NCBI GenBank assembly: GCA_002415485.1
Contig: DHYU01000050.1
Coordinates: 21,519 to 85,518 of the forward strand
Length of the DNA stretch: 64,000 nucleotides
Direction: 5' to 3'
Source: Proteobacteria bacterium UBA5122
GTDB lineage: Bacteria; Pseudomonadota; Gammaproteobacteria; Tenderiales; Tenderiaceae
Shown: positions 56,449 to 64,000 of the stretch, piece after piece
Layout of the letters: each line of letters begins with the position of its first letter
How positions within the stretch are numbered: the first letter of the stretch is position 1
Notes under the pieces: model-generated
What the model was told of the DNA's origin: nothing
What the model saw: the letters and a program-made list of their open reading frames with translations, nothing else
Database searches by the model: none
Position numbers and translations under genes: made by a program

Positions 56449-56757
56449 TTAGGGCTGATTATCTTGATAAGCAGCAGTAGCTTTTTGAGAAACATTCAAT
56501 TCTCGCAAGCTATTTGCGACATCGGACTTGGCGATATTAGCCAAATGCATAATCTGACGATCAGCATTGAGTAAAAACGCCCCCAATGCCTGCCAAGCCT
56601 GTAGATCTGAGTTTTGAGGAATAGATGAAAAGTATTGTGTAAGCAGCGGCCGGCGCTCAGATTCCAATCGACACACATGCTCCCAATCGCCTGACTGGGC
56701 CGCCGACAACATCACCGCCGTCGTGTTTCGCAAGTAACTTTCGGTAGATTCTGACAC
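56449..56757 (-). CDS. Putative flagellar chaperone FliT-like protein
   Basis: 102 aa, all-helical. The GDWEHVCRLESERRPLL pattern and the position directly after fliS fit FliT-type proteins. Similarity is weak. Confidence 0.45.
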   Translation of the reverse strand: MSESTESYLRNTTAVMLSAAQSGDWEHVCRLESERRPLLTQYFSSIPQNSDLQAWQALGAFLLNADRQIMHLANIAKSDVANSLRELNVSQKATAAYQDNQP

Positions 56758-56789
56758 CGGACTTGGCCAGTACGACTAGCAATTTATCG

Positions 56790-57221
56790 CTACACTGTCG
56801 GCTGGGTACGGGATGTCGCTGGGCGTGTGTCTGTGGCAATCGCATCCCATCCAGCCTTGATTTCTAGCAATAAGCCAACAACCTCATCCAGCATGGCTGT
56901 ATCATTTTTGAGATTGGCTTCCGCCAAACGACGCCCCATATAATCATAGAGCGCATCCAGATTCTCAGCGATCTCGCCGCCCTGATCCTTGTCCAAGCTC
57001 ATGCGCAAACCATCGATAATCGAAATCGCCCACGAGATATGGCTACCCTTTAATGGAATTTGCCCACGCTGCATATAGCCCTTAGCGAGGTTGATCTTTT
57101 CTAGGGCCCCCTCCAATAACATCTGGATAAGCCGATGTGGACTCGCCGTCATAACATCGGTTTCAGTACCCACTTTTTTGTACTGTTTAAGTGCACTATC
57201 CAGATGTGATGAGTAATTCAT
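56790..57221 (-). CDS. fliS: Flagellin-specific chaperone FliS
   Basis: About 143 aa four-helix FliS pattern (SPHRLIQMLLEGALEKI..A). The ATG at 57221 is preceded by GGAGA. The track start at 57233 has no RBS. Confidence 0.9.
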   Translation of the reverse strand: MNYSSHLDSALKQYKKVGTETDVMTASPHRLIQMLLEGALEKINLAKGYMQRGQIPLKGSHISWAISIIDGLRMSLDKDQGGEIAENLDALYDYMGRRLAEANLKNDTAMLDEVVGLLLEIKAGWDAIATDTRPATSRTQPTV

Positions 57222-57280
57222 TTTAGTCTCCATATGAACTGCTACTGAAGAAGCATGCCTTAAGCATAGAGTATCACACC

Positions 57281-58639
57281 TTATCGACTACCAAAGGTGG
57301 GGAGATTAGCCAACTGGCGTGACAAAAAGTCGCCAGAAGACTGCATTTGCGCCACCAATCCTTCTAAAGCATTAAATTGAGCTCGATAACGTTTCTCAGT
57401 TTGCTCCAATCTATATGTAAGAAGATCACGGCGATCATCCAGAAGATTGATTCGAGAATTTATGCTACCTTCCCTAGTCGAAATAAAACCACTGGCGCCA
57501 CTTAAAGTATCGGCCAGAGCTTCAAATCGTACAGCAAACCCATTGGTTTGATCCCCGAATAGTTTGGCCACACTCGTAATGTCATTCGAAAGCGCCTTAT
57601 CCAGCTTCGTAGAATCCACGACTAGTTTCCCATCAGACCCTGTACTAATCCCCACATCTGACAGGTAATTGTACCCCCCCCCGGCAAATTTATCATTGAG
57701 GATATTACGAAGCTGGCGCTCCATATTTAATAGGGCACTATCCCCCTGCAAGGTTGCGCCTTTACCGCCCAGTGTCCGCATAGTAGAGCTAATGTTATTA
57801 TAGGCGTCGACAAACCCTTGAATATTGGTCTTGATTTTCTCATTGTCGCGCGCAACGACCAAGGATTCAGTCACCGTAGTAGCAGACTTCAGATTCAATG
57901 TAACCCCTTGAATCACCCCCGTCACTGCATTTGTGGCACTACTGACAGCATACCCATCAACCGTGAGATTAGCATTGGCGGCAGCCTGTAGCTCACTCGC
58001 TCCCGCACCATAGATAAGCTTAGATAAACCTGAACCATCGGCATTGGTCGCATCATCATCAGTAGTGGTAACCGATACCGCATTAGCGAGCCCGGTTTCT
58101 CGTGATGTTAAAACCAGATGGCTTCCGCTCCCTGTATTGATAATGCTGGCGTTCACAAATGAATTATTGGTACTACCATTAATTGCGTCCCGAATCCCTT
58201 CAAGGGTGTTATTAGTGCCATTGACAGCAATATTGAACGTCTTGGTGCCAGACGAAAAATGAAGTGTGCCCGTCCCGCCGATGGCGGTTTTAGAATCCAC
58301 ATACGAGGCAGACCCTATTTTGTGTGCCTGAGCTAAATTAGCGATTGTAATTTGGTGTGATGACGCTGAGGCTGTAGTATCAGCTACCGCGGCAAACGCA
58401 TTTTCATTAGAAGAAGTAGTAGAGAATAGCTCAAATTTGTCTCGCGATGCCAACTTACCCATCGCCGTCTCAAACGACGAAAAAGCACTTTTGAGCTGCC
58501 CAAAGGCACTCAATTGCGCTCTGCTGTCGGCCTTTTGCCGGTCCAACTGTTCTAACGGACGACGCTCCAAGGCCATCAACTGACTTACAATGGCATTTAC
58601 ATCGAGTCCGGTACTGAGCCCACCTACAGAAATAGACAT
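57281..58639 (-). CDS. fliD: Flagellar filament cap protein FliD
   Basis: 452 aa with N-terminal ISVGGLSTGLDVNAIVSQLMALERRPL and C-terminal coiled FliD_C segments. Confidence 0.95.
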   Translation of the reverse strand: MSISVGGLSTGLDVNAIVSQLMALERRPLEQLDRQKADSRAQLSAFGQLKSAFSSFETAMGKLASRDKFELFSTTSSNENAFAAVADTTASASSHQITIANLAQAHKIGSASYVDSKTAIGGTGTLHFSSGTKTFNIAVNGTNNTLEGIRDAINGSTNNSFVNASIINTGSGSHLVLTSRETGLANAVSVTTTDDDATNADGSGLSKLIYGAGASELQAAANANLTVDGYAVSSATNAVTGVIQGVTLNLKSATTVTESLVVARDNEKIKTNIQGFVDAYNNISSTMRTLGGKGATLQGDSALLNMERQLRNILNDKFAGGGYNYLSDVGISTGSDGKLVVDSTKLDKALSNDITSVAKLFGDQTNGFAVRFEALADTLSGASGFISTREGSINSRINLLDDRRDLLTYRLEQTEKRYRAQFNALEGLVAQMQSSGDFLSRQLANLPTFGSR

Positions 58640-58670
58640 AAAATCACCTCACTAGATGCTTTATCCTGAG

Positions 58671-58685
58671 GCAATTCCCGTGCCA
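58671..58685 (-). promoter_or_regulatory. sigma54 (-24/-12) promoter for fliD-fliS
   Basis: The minus strand reads TGGCAC-GGGAA-TTGC, a perfect match to TGGCAC-N5-TTGC. It sits in the 50-nt gap between the flaG stop and the fliD ATG, with an AGGTGA RBS downstream. Confidence 0.75.
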
Positions 58686-58689
58686 AGAT

Positions 58690-59103
58690 TTAAGCTTCGG
58701 CTTTGATTAGAAACCCTAACCCACTCTCCAAAGCCTTTGATATAGATAAAGCATCTTCATTTGGGATCTGGCGAACAAGCTCTTCTGTCTCTGGATCAAA
58801 GACTTTGATAACCATGGTGCCACTATCCCGATCAACTTTAAATTCGAGATCCCGATCAATATTAAGAGCGAATTCTCTCATTCGGTCAGCAGCTTCCTGA
58901 AGCTGTTGTTCCATATCCTGCTGCTGCGTTTGTTCTGCTTTTTGCGGCAATGCGGATCCGCTGTTGGCAACATTATGCCGCGAGTCACTTATACCACTCG
59001 TATCACGTACCTGTTCTCGCTGCTCTTGAGTCGCACGTCTAGCAGAAGTCAAAGAGTTATGAGTTGCCCCATAAGCTGCATTTGTTGAGACTTCGTTAAT
59101 CAT
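58690..59103 (-). CDS. flaG: Flagellar protein FlaG
   Basis: About 137 aa with the C-terminal FlaG domain (DLEFKVDRDSGTMVIKVFDPETEELVRQIP). The ATG at 59103 is preceded by GAGGAGG. Confidence 0.85.
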   Translation of the reverse strand: MINEVSTNAAYGATHNSLTSARRATQEQREQVRDTSGISDSRHNVANSGSALPQKAEQTQQQDMEQQLQEAADRMREFALNIDRDLEFKVDRDSGTMVIKVFDPETEELVRQIPNEDALSISKALESGLGFLIKAEA

Positions 59104-59192
59104 GACTAACAACCTCCTCGGCCTAAATCCCCCAGTTGACTGCAATATCCAGCAACTGAGGGATCTATTCTAACCCTTTGCTTATTCAATCA

Positions 59193-60014
59193 CTACTGGA
59201 GTAGTGAAAGAACGTTTTGAGGGATAGAGTTAGACTGGGCCAGCATTGCAGTACCTGCTTGTTGCAGGATCTGAGCCCGTGTCAATGCGGCTGTTTCTTT
59301 GGCAAAATCAGCATCTTGAATACGACTGCGAGCAGCAGACAAGTTTTCAGAGGTATTTTCAACGTTACGGATTACAGATTCGAAACGATTCTGAACCGCA
59401 CCCAATGTTGCACGGAGGGAGTTCACTTTTGTCAGGAATGTATCCGCCGCTGAGATCATTGCAGATGCAGCCCCGGCGGACAGCACTGTTTGGCTTCCGA
59501 ACTTAACCTTGGCGGTATTCGTAGACAAGTTGGTGGTTGTTACCTTGATGGTATCACCGTTGTTTGCACCAACCTGGAATACAAATGAGGTCGCATCTTT
59601 ACCGATGATCGATTGACCATTGAACTTGGTACTGATAACCCGGTTGATCTCAGCTTTCAGCTGAGTTACCTCAGCATCCAATGCAGCCCGGTCACTCGTA
59701 CTATTGGTGGCATTGGCTGATTGTACTGCCAGCTCACGAATACGTTGGATACTCGTTGTGATCTCCTGCATGGCCCCTTCCGCAGTTTGGGCCAGAGAAA
59801 TCGCATCGGCAGAGTTACGTGAAGCCTGTTGCAAACCGCGAATTTGTGCACCAAAGCGCTCGGAAATCGCTAAACCTGCCGCGTCATCCTTTGCACTATT
59901 GATACGTAGACCAGAAGACAAACGTTGTAGCGCAATTTTCAGCGCCGCTTGGGTGCTGTTCAGATTACGCTGAGCGTTCAGAGACATGATATTGCTGTTA
60001 ACTATTTGAGGCAT
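59193..60014 (-). CDS. fliC: Flagellin (short, D0/D1-only type)
   Basis: 273 aa with conserved N-terminus ([34 protein letters not shown]) and C-terminus ([33 protein letters not shown]), and only about 60 aa of S/T-rich central region. Confidence 0.95.
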   Translation of the reverse strand: MPQIVNSNIMSLNAQRNLNSTQAALKIALQRLSSGLRINSAKDDAAGLAISERFGAQIRGLQQASRNSADAISLAQTAEGAMQEITTSIQRIRELAVQSANATNSTSDRAALDAEVTQLKAEINRVISTKFNGQSIIGKDATSFVFQVGANNGDTIKVTTTNLSTNTAKVKFGSQTVLSAGAASAMISAADTFLTKVNSLRATLGAVQNRFESVIRNVENTSENLSAARSRIQDADFAKETAALTRAQILQQAGTAMLAQSNSIPQNVLSLLQ

Positions 60015-60125
60015 GATACTGACTCCTGCATACTTTGAGGCTCGCAGGCGCTAATCGCCGCGTAAAGCCCCCTTGTCATCAGCGGATATACTTTCCAAAT
60101 GAAGTATTCACCGCTCCCGTCTAGT

Positions 60126-60153
60126 CTATCGGCCTGCCGCGACCAAGACTTTA
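60126..60153 (-). promoter_or_regulatory. sigma28 (FliA) promoter candidate for fliC
   Basis: The minus strand reads TAAA-N16-GCCGATAG (consensus TAAA-N15-GCCGATAA), about 110 nt upstream of the fliC ATG. Confidence 0.6.
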
Positions 60154-60192
60154 AAATTTTTTCCCTCCCTCGACATTAAACCCACAACCATA

Positions 60193-60221
60193 TTGATTTT
60201 AGCGCCATACCTGCTTAAATT
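60193..60221 (+). promoter_or_regulatory. Possible sigma70 promoter for the Maf-like gene
   Basis: TTGATT, a 17-nt spacer, then TAAATT, ending 30 nt upstream of the ATG at 60251. This is a pattern match only. Confidence 0.3.
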
Positions 60222-60250
60222 ACAAAGACTTACAAAACAGAGAGTCCACC

Positions 60251-62788
60251 ATGAAAGAACAAAACACTGAGCCGGCCCCACGACCAGAATTTTTAGTCGA
60301 CATAGGCTCTGGTTTTGAAATCTCTGCGTTCGGAGAGCGATACCTGCCTCATGCCACCCCCGCATCCATTGGAACAACCCCAATCACAGAGCAATATGAT
60401 GAGAAGTTTGGAAAGTATTTCTTTGAAGACAATGCTTTCTATACGGTTATTGGCACCGATTCCGGCCTGCTCATCAAATATGTGCTTGAACAAGGCATTC
60501 CATCAGGAACAAGCTATTTATTTGTAGAACTAGACAACGTCATTCCCCAAATAGAGCAAGATCTTGTCACAGAAAATCTCAAGTCGAAAATACGGATATG
60601 TGCATTCAAAGATTGGCAAGATCAAGCAATCGAACTAAATATAGGCAACTACATCTATGGGCGCAGGAATCTTTTCTACAGAAGCCTCGCCGCCCAGGAA
60701 GGAATTAGTAACGCCTACTCTGAGCTATCCAGTGCCGTCGAAGAAGAAATGGCCAATTGGGTATTCCTGCACAATATAGAACTAGAGTCTGAAGTTTTCT
60801 CCAGGCATCAGCTGAATGCGCTGCCTGAAAACATATACCCTGCAGACCTGCTGAGAAACAGCTGCCCAGATAGAACCGCCATCATTCTCGCAGGCGGTCC
60901 GTCACTCGACAATTTCATCCCTTGGCTCAAGCAAGGGAACCATCGCGATCAAGTATTGCTCATTGCTGTTTCTCGTATTTCAAAGCGATTACAAATAGAT
61001 GGCATTGTTCCTGACGTATTTGTCTCGGTCGACCCACAAGAGGTTAGTTATATTGTCAGCAAAGAATGTCTCTACTTCCCACCCGACACCATTTTTGCCA
61101 TCTCGTGCACATTGACCCAGAAACTATCAGCCCAATGGCATGGCAAACAGGTATACATGGGGCCTAGGTATCCACATACGACCGACAAAAACCCTGACAA
61201 CATTTCTGTTATCGGACCAACCGTTACTAACAGTGCCATTGAGCTTGCTGCGTATATGGGGGCCAGCAACATTGTCTTGGCTGGTGTAGATTTATGCTAT
61301 AGCGATTCGGGGCATAGCCACGCGACAGGCAGTATTGAAGCAGACATCGGCCATTTTTTTAGCCATATCGATTTAATTGTTGAAACCAACAGCGGCGGTC
61401 AAGCTGACACTAACAAAGGATATTTTACTGCCATTAACATGATATCCATGCAGGCCCAACGATTAAAAGACAAATGCAAGATAATTACCATTGCCGAACA
61501 TGGCGCTAAAATCAATAAGATTGATTATGTACCACTAAGCGAGCTAAAAATTTCCAACCCATTCCCCTCAGCCATTCGACCAACAATAAACAACCTAATC
61601 CCTTCCGACAAAGATCGAAGGTATGTCATAGATATATACAACCAAATGAAACAAGAGCTAGGCACAGCAATAAGCGCTCTTGATAAAATTCACGATCTCG
61701 CAAACGAAGCTAAAGAACTAAACACAGGCCTTTATAATGCCCATACAAAAATCATCGACACAAAAAAGCGGTTCAGGCTGTCTGAGATAGAAAAGTCTTT
61801 CAAAGATACCTATGACCATCTTTGTCAAACCATCGTTGAATACAACAGTTCTACTTTTTCAAACACGCTCTCCGGTCATAAAGCGGATGATGAGTGGGAA
61901 GTGGATGAAGTGATCTCACAAATGGAGGCGTACTACTCAGCACTAGCTAAAGGCAGTGTCTCCACTAAACATCACTACACCCTCGCCCTCGAAGAGATTA
62001 ACAAACGAGCAAAAGAAGAGGACACCCCTCCTGACATAAAGTCACTCATCAGTTATTGGAATAAAAATAAAATACCAGGCAGAGCACGCACTTGGATAGC
62101 ACAACATTCCGAGGCTTATAACAAGTTATCTGCAAACGAAAAACAACTACTGGCTGACCAAGATCAGGTTTTTGAAAAAAGTCTTGCGCAAGACATGAAA
62201 GACTTCGCCTCAAAAACGTATGATGATAAGAACTTTCATTTAAAAATCCTTATAGGGCAACTCGATGCCATCCAGCAACGATTTCTTCAAAAAAACCTGA
62301 CATCCTTAAAGAGAATACAAAACAATCTGCGCCCGCTTAAAACTGACTGGGGGCTGCAGCTTTATCACCTTGTATCTGGCTACATTAGCGAACTTGAACG
62401 ACAACCAAAATCAGCTGCAATATTTTATCAAAACGTACAAGACGAGCCTTATTGGATAACAAAACAATACGCCCTTGAGCGTCAGCTCATGTTAGCCATG
62501 GAGTTGGCAGAGATCGATATGGCGCTAGATTGCCTTGATCAGCTCAGCCACAAACTAGATAGTTACCAACCATTCTATGCCCAATTATTGAACCAAGCTG
62601 GCCGATCGAATGCTGCGATCAACGTATATACGGAATATCTGACCAAACATCCAAATGACATAGAGATCATGGCGGACTTGGGCTTGATCTTCAAACTTAT
62701 CGGCAATCAGGAAGGACTCTACTGGGCGCGCGAACATATCAAGGCCTTGTCTCCGGCCTATGCCCGCCTGGCCGAGCTACAGGACTAA
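60251..62788 (+). CDS. Motility accessory factor (Maf)-like protein: DUF115/MptE-like putative flagellin glycosyltransferase with C-terminal TPR-like region
   Basis: 845 aa. The central region TAIILAGGPSLD...LLIAVSRISKRLQIDGIVPDVFVSVDPQE...VLAGVDLCY fits the DUF115 (Maf) core. The C-terminus is helical-repeat-like. Divergent from fliC. Confidence 0.65.
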   Translation: MKEQNTEPAPRPEFLVDIGSGFEISAFGERYLPHATPASIGTTPITEQYDEKFGKYFFEDNAFYTVIGTDSGLLIKYVLEQGIPSGTSYLFVELDNVIPQIEQDLVTENLKSKIRICAFKDWQDQAIELNIGNYIYGRRNLFYRSLAAQEGISNAYSELSSAVEEEMANWVFLHNIELESEVFSRHQLNALPENIYPADLLRNSCPDRTAIILAGGPSLDNFIPWLKQGNHRDQVLLIAVSRISKRLQIDGIVPDVFVSVDPQEVSYIVSKECLYFPPDTIFAISCTLTQKLSAQWHGKQVYMGPRYPHTTDKNPDNISVIGPTVTNSAIELAAYMGASNIVLAGVDLCYSDSGHSHATGSIEADIGHFFSHIDLIVETNSGGQADTNKGYFTAINMISMQAQRLKDKCKIITIAEHGAKINKIDYVPLSELKISNPFPSAIRPTINNLIPSDKDRRYVIDIYNQMKQELGTAISALDKIHDLANEAKELNTGLYNAHTKIIDTKKRFRLSEIEKSFKDTYDHLCQTIVEYNSSTFSNTLSGHKADDEWEVDEVISQMEAYYSALAKGSVSTKHHYTLALEEINKRAKEEDTPPDIKSLISYWNKNKIPGRARTWIAQHSEAYNKLSANEKQLLADQDQVFEKSLAQDMKDFASKTYDDKNFHLKILIGQLDAIQQRFLQKNLTSLKRIQNNLRPLKTDWGLQLYHLVSGYISELERQPKSAAIFYQNVQDEPYWITKQYALERQLMLAMELAEIDMALDCLDQLSHKLDSYQPFYAQLLNQAGRSNAAINVYTEYLTKHPNDIEIMADLGLIFKLIGNQEGLYWAREHIKALSPAYARLAELQD

Positions 62789-62791
62789 ACC

Positions 62792-64000
62792 TCAGTCTGC
62801 AGCGAGCCCCATGGCCGCCTCCTGCGCGTGTTTAATCTGATCACGCAGGCGGGCGGCCTCTTCAAATTCCAGATTCTGTGCGTGTTCGAACATCTGCTTT
62901 TCGAGTTGTTTGACCGTCTTCGCCAATTGATCAGGCGACATCTTGCCGTAATCCGCGACCTCTTCTGCAACCTTGGCAGAACGTCTCGCTGCCCCCGGCG
63001 CCCCGGGATAGGCCCCCTCCATCACATCAGTGACCTTGCGCTCGATACCCTTCGGCGTGATGCCGTGATCACGATTGAACGCCATCTGCTTGGCGCGGCG
63101 CCGCTCGGTCTCATCGATCGCACGCTTCATGGAGCGGGTGATCGAGTCCGCGTACAAAATAGCCTTGCCGTGGAGGTTCCGCGCCGCACGTCCTATCGTC
63201 TGAATCAAGGACCGATCCGAACGTAGAAAACCTTCTTTATCCGCATCGAGGATCGCCACCAGCGACACCTCCGGGATATCCAAACCTTCGCGCAACAAAT
63301 TGATCCCGACCAGCACATCAAACACCCCCAGGCGCAGATCACGAATGATCTCCACCCGTTCAACGGTATCGATATCCGAGTGCAGATAACGCACCTTCAC
63401 GCCGTGCTCGTTCAGATACTCGGTCAAATCTTCGGCCATGCGTTTGGTCAACGTCGTCACCAACACCCGCTCAGCCTTCTCGGCGCGGATCTTGGCCTCT
63501 GACATCACATCATCCACCTGCGTTGCGACCGGCCGGATCTCAATCTCGGGATCGACCAGCCCCGTCGGCCGCACCACCTGCTCCACCACCTGATCACCGT
63601 GTTCTTCTTCGTAGGGACCAGGCGTCGCCGAGACGAATATCGACTGCGGCGAGCGCAACTCAAACTCGTCAAACTTCATCGGCCGGTTATCGAGTGCCGA
63701 CGGCAGACGAAAGCCGTAATTCACCAGGTTTTCCTTACGTGAACGGTCACCCTTGTACATCGCGCCTATCTGCGGGATCGTCACATGACTCTCATCGATC
63801 ACCAGCAAGGCATCATCCGGCAGATAATCAAACAAGGTCGGCGGCGCCTCACCGGCCGCACGCCCCGATAGATAACGTGAATAGTTCTCGATGCCGGAGC
63901 AGTAACCCAGCTCCTGGATCATCTCGATATCGAAGATCGTGCGCTGTTCAAGCCGCTGCGCCTCGACCAGCTTGTCCGCCGTACGCAGCTCTTCCAGACG
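62792..64000 (-). CDS. uvrB: Excinuclease ABC subunit B (UvrB), N-terminal part beyond the window edge
   Basis: The frame is open from 64000 down to the stop at 62792. The track ORF 62792..63922 starts at an internal Met. Helicase motifs are present (IDESHVT, motifs [30 protein letters not shown]...QTIGRAARN), plus the C-terminal UVR domain ([12 protein letters not shown]). Confidence 0.95.
   Translation of the reverse strand, partial: RLEELRTADKLVEAQRLEQRTIFDIEMIQELGYCSGIENYSRYLSGRAAGEAPPTLFDYLPDDALLVIDESHVTIPQIGAMYKGDRSRKENLVNYGFRLPSALDNRPMKFDEFELRSPQSIFVSATPGPYEEEHGDQVVEQVVRPTGLVDPEIEIRPVATQVDDVMSEAKIRAEKAERVLVTTLTKRMAEDLTEYLNEHGVKVRYLHSDIDTVERVEIIRDLRLGVFDVLVGINLLREGLDIPEVSLVAILDADKEGFLRSDRSLIQTIGRAARNLHGKAILYADSITRSMKRAIDETERRRAKQMAFNRDHGITPKGIERKVTDVMEGAYPGAPGAARRSAKVAEEVADYGKMSPDQLAKTVKQLEKQMFEHAQNLEFEEAARLRDQIKHAQEAAMGLAAD

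Noticed and set aside
1-64000. Search for tRNA/rRNA genes, CRISPR arrays, IS elements, integrases, toxin-antitoxin pairs or defence islands
   Set aside because: I recognised none of the following: cloverleaf-like or rRNA-like segments in intergenic DNA, direct-repeat/spacer arrays, transposase- or integrase-like ORFs, or terminal inverted repeats. This is a by-eye assessment only. tRNAscan, Infernal and ISfinder-type searches would be decisive.

Overview
This looks like a chromosomal segment of a polar-flagellated gammaproteobacterium. Gene content and order match the Pseudomonas/Vibrio FleQ-FleSR-FliA-FlhF-FleN type.

Left ~13 kb (housekeeping and accessory genes):
- pstA (truncated by the window edge), pstB, phoU
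- a CpdA-like phosphoesterase, tsaB
- a YoaA/DinG-family helicase with a small PD-(D/E)xK-like upstream partner
- an APH-like kinase fused to a P-loop kinase
- an Fe-S type APS reductase (cysH)
- the three-gene AmmeMemoRadiSam set
- a GYF/pentapeptide membrane protein

From ~13.5 to 60 kb there is a ~46 kb flagellar/chemotaxis supercluster, almost entirely on the minus strand. In transcription order:
- fliC, flaG, fliD, fliS, a FliT-like gene, a PilZ-like gene
- fleQ, fleS, fleR
- fliEFGHIJ
- an inserted second chemosensory operon: STAS-cheY-cheA-cheW, a soluble triple-PAS MCP, cheR-cheD-cheB
- fliK
- fliLMNOPQR-flhB-flhA-flhF-fleN-fliA
- cheY-cheZ-cheA-cheB-motC-motD-parC-parP-cheW, then a small ORF and a DUF2802 gene

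The right end carries a plus-strand Maf-like (DUF115) putative flagellin glycosyltransferase and a truncated uvrB.

I could read four sigma54 (-24/-12) and two sigma28 promoter matches in front of flagellar/che operons, plus several hairpin terminators. I recognised no rRNA, tRNA, CRISPR, IS, transposase or integrase.

The best candidate for something undescribed is a plus-strand two-gene module at 13535..15204. It encodes a second FliK-like protein, translationally coupled to a free-standing mimic of the post-cleavage FlhB C-terminal fragment. Other points worth a second look:
- the Che2/F7-like operon inserted between fliJ and fliK, with a sigma28-type promoter
- its soluble triple-PAS receptor ending in EWEEF
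- the Maf-like gene next to a minimal flagellin
- the PilZ-like gene beside fleQ

All functional calls come from motif and family recognition by eye. No search was run. Coordinates of short motifs may be off by 1-2 nt.
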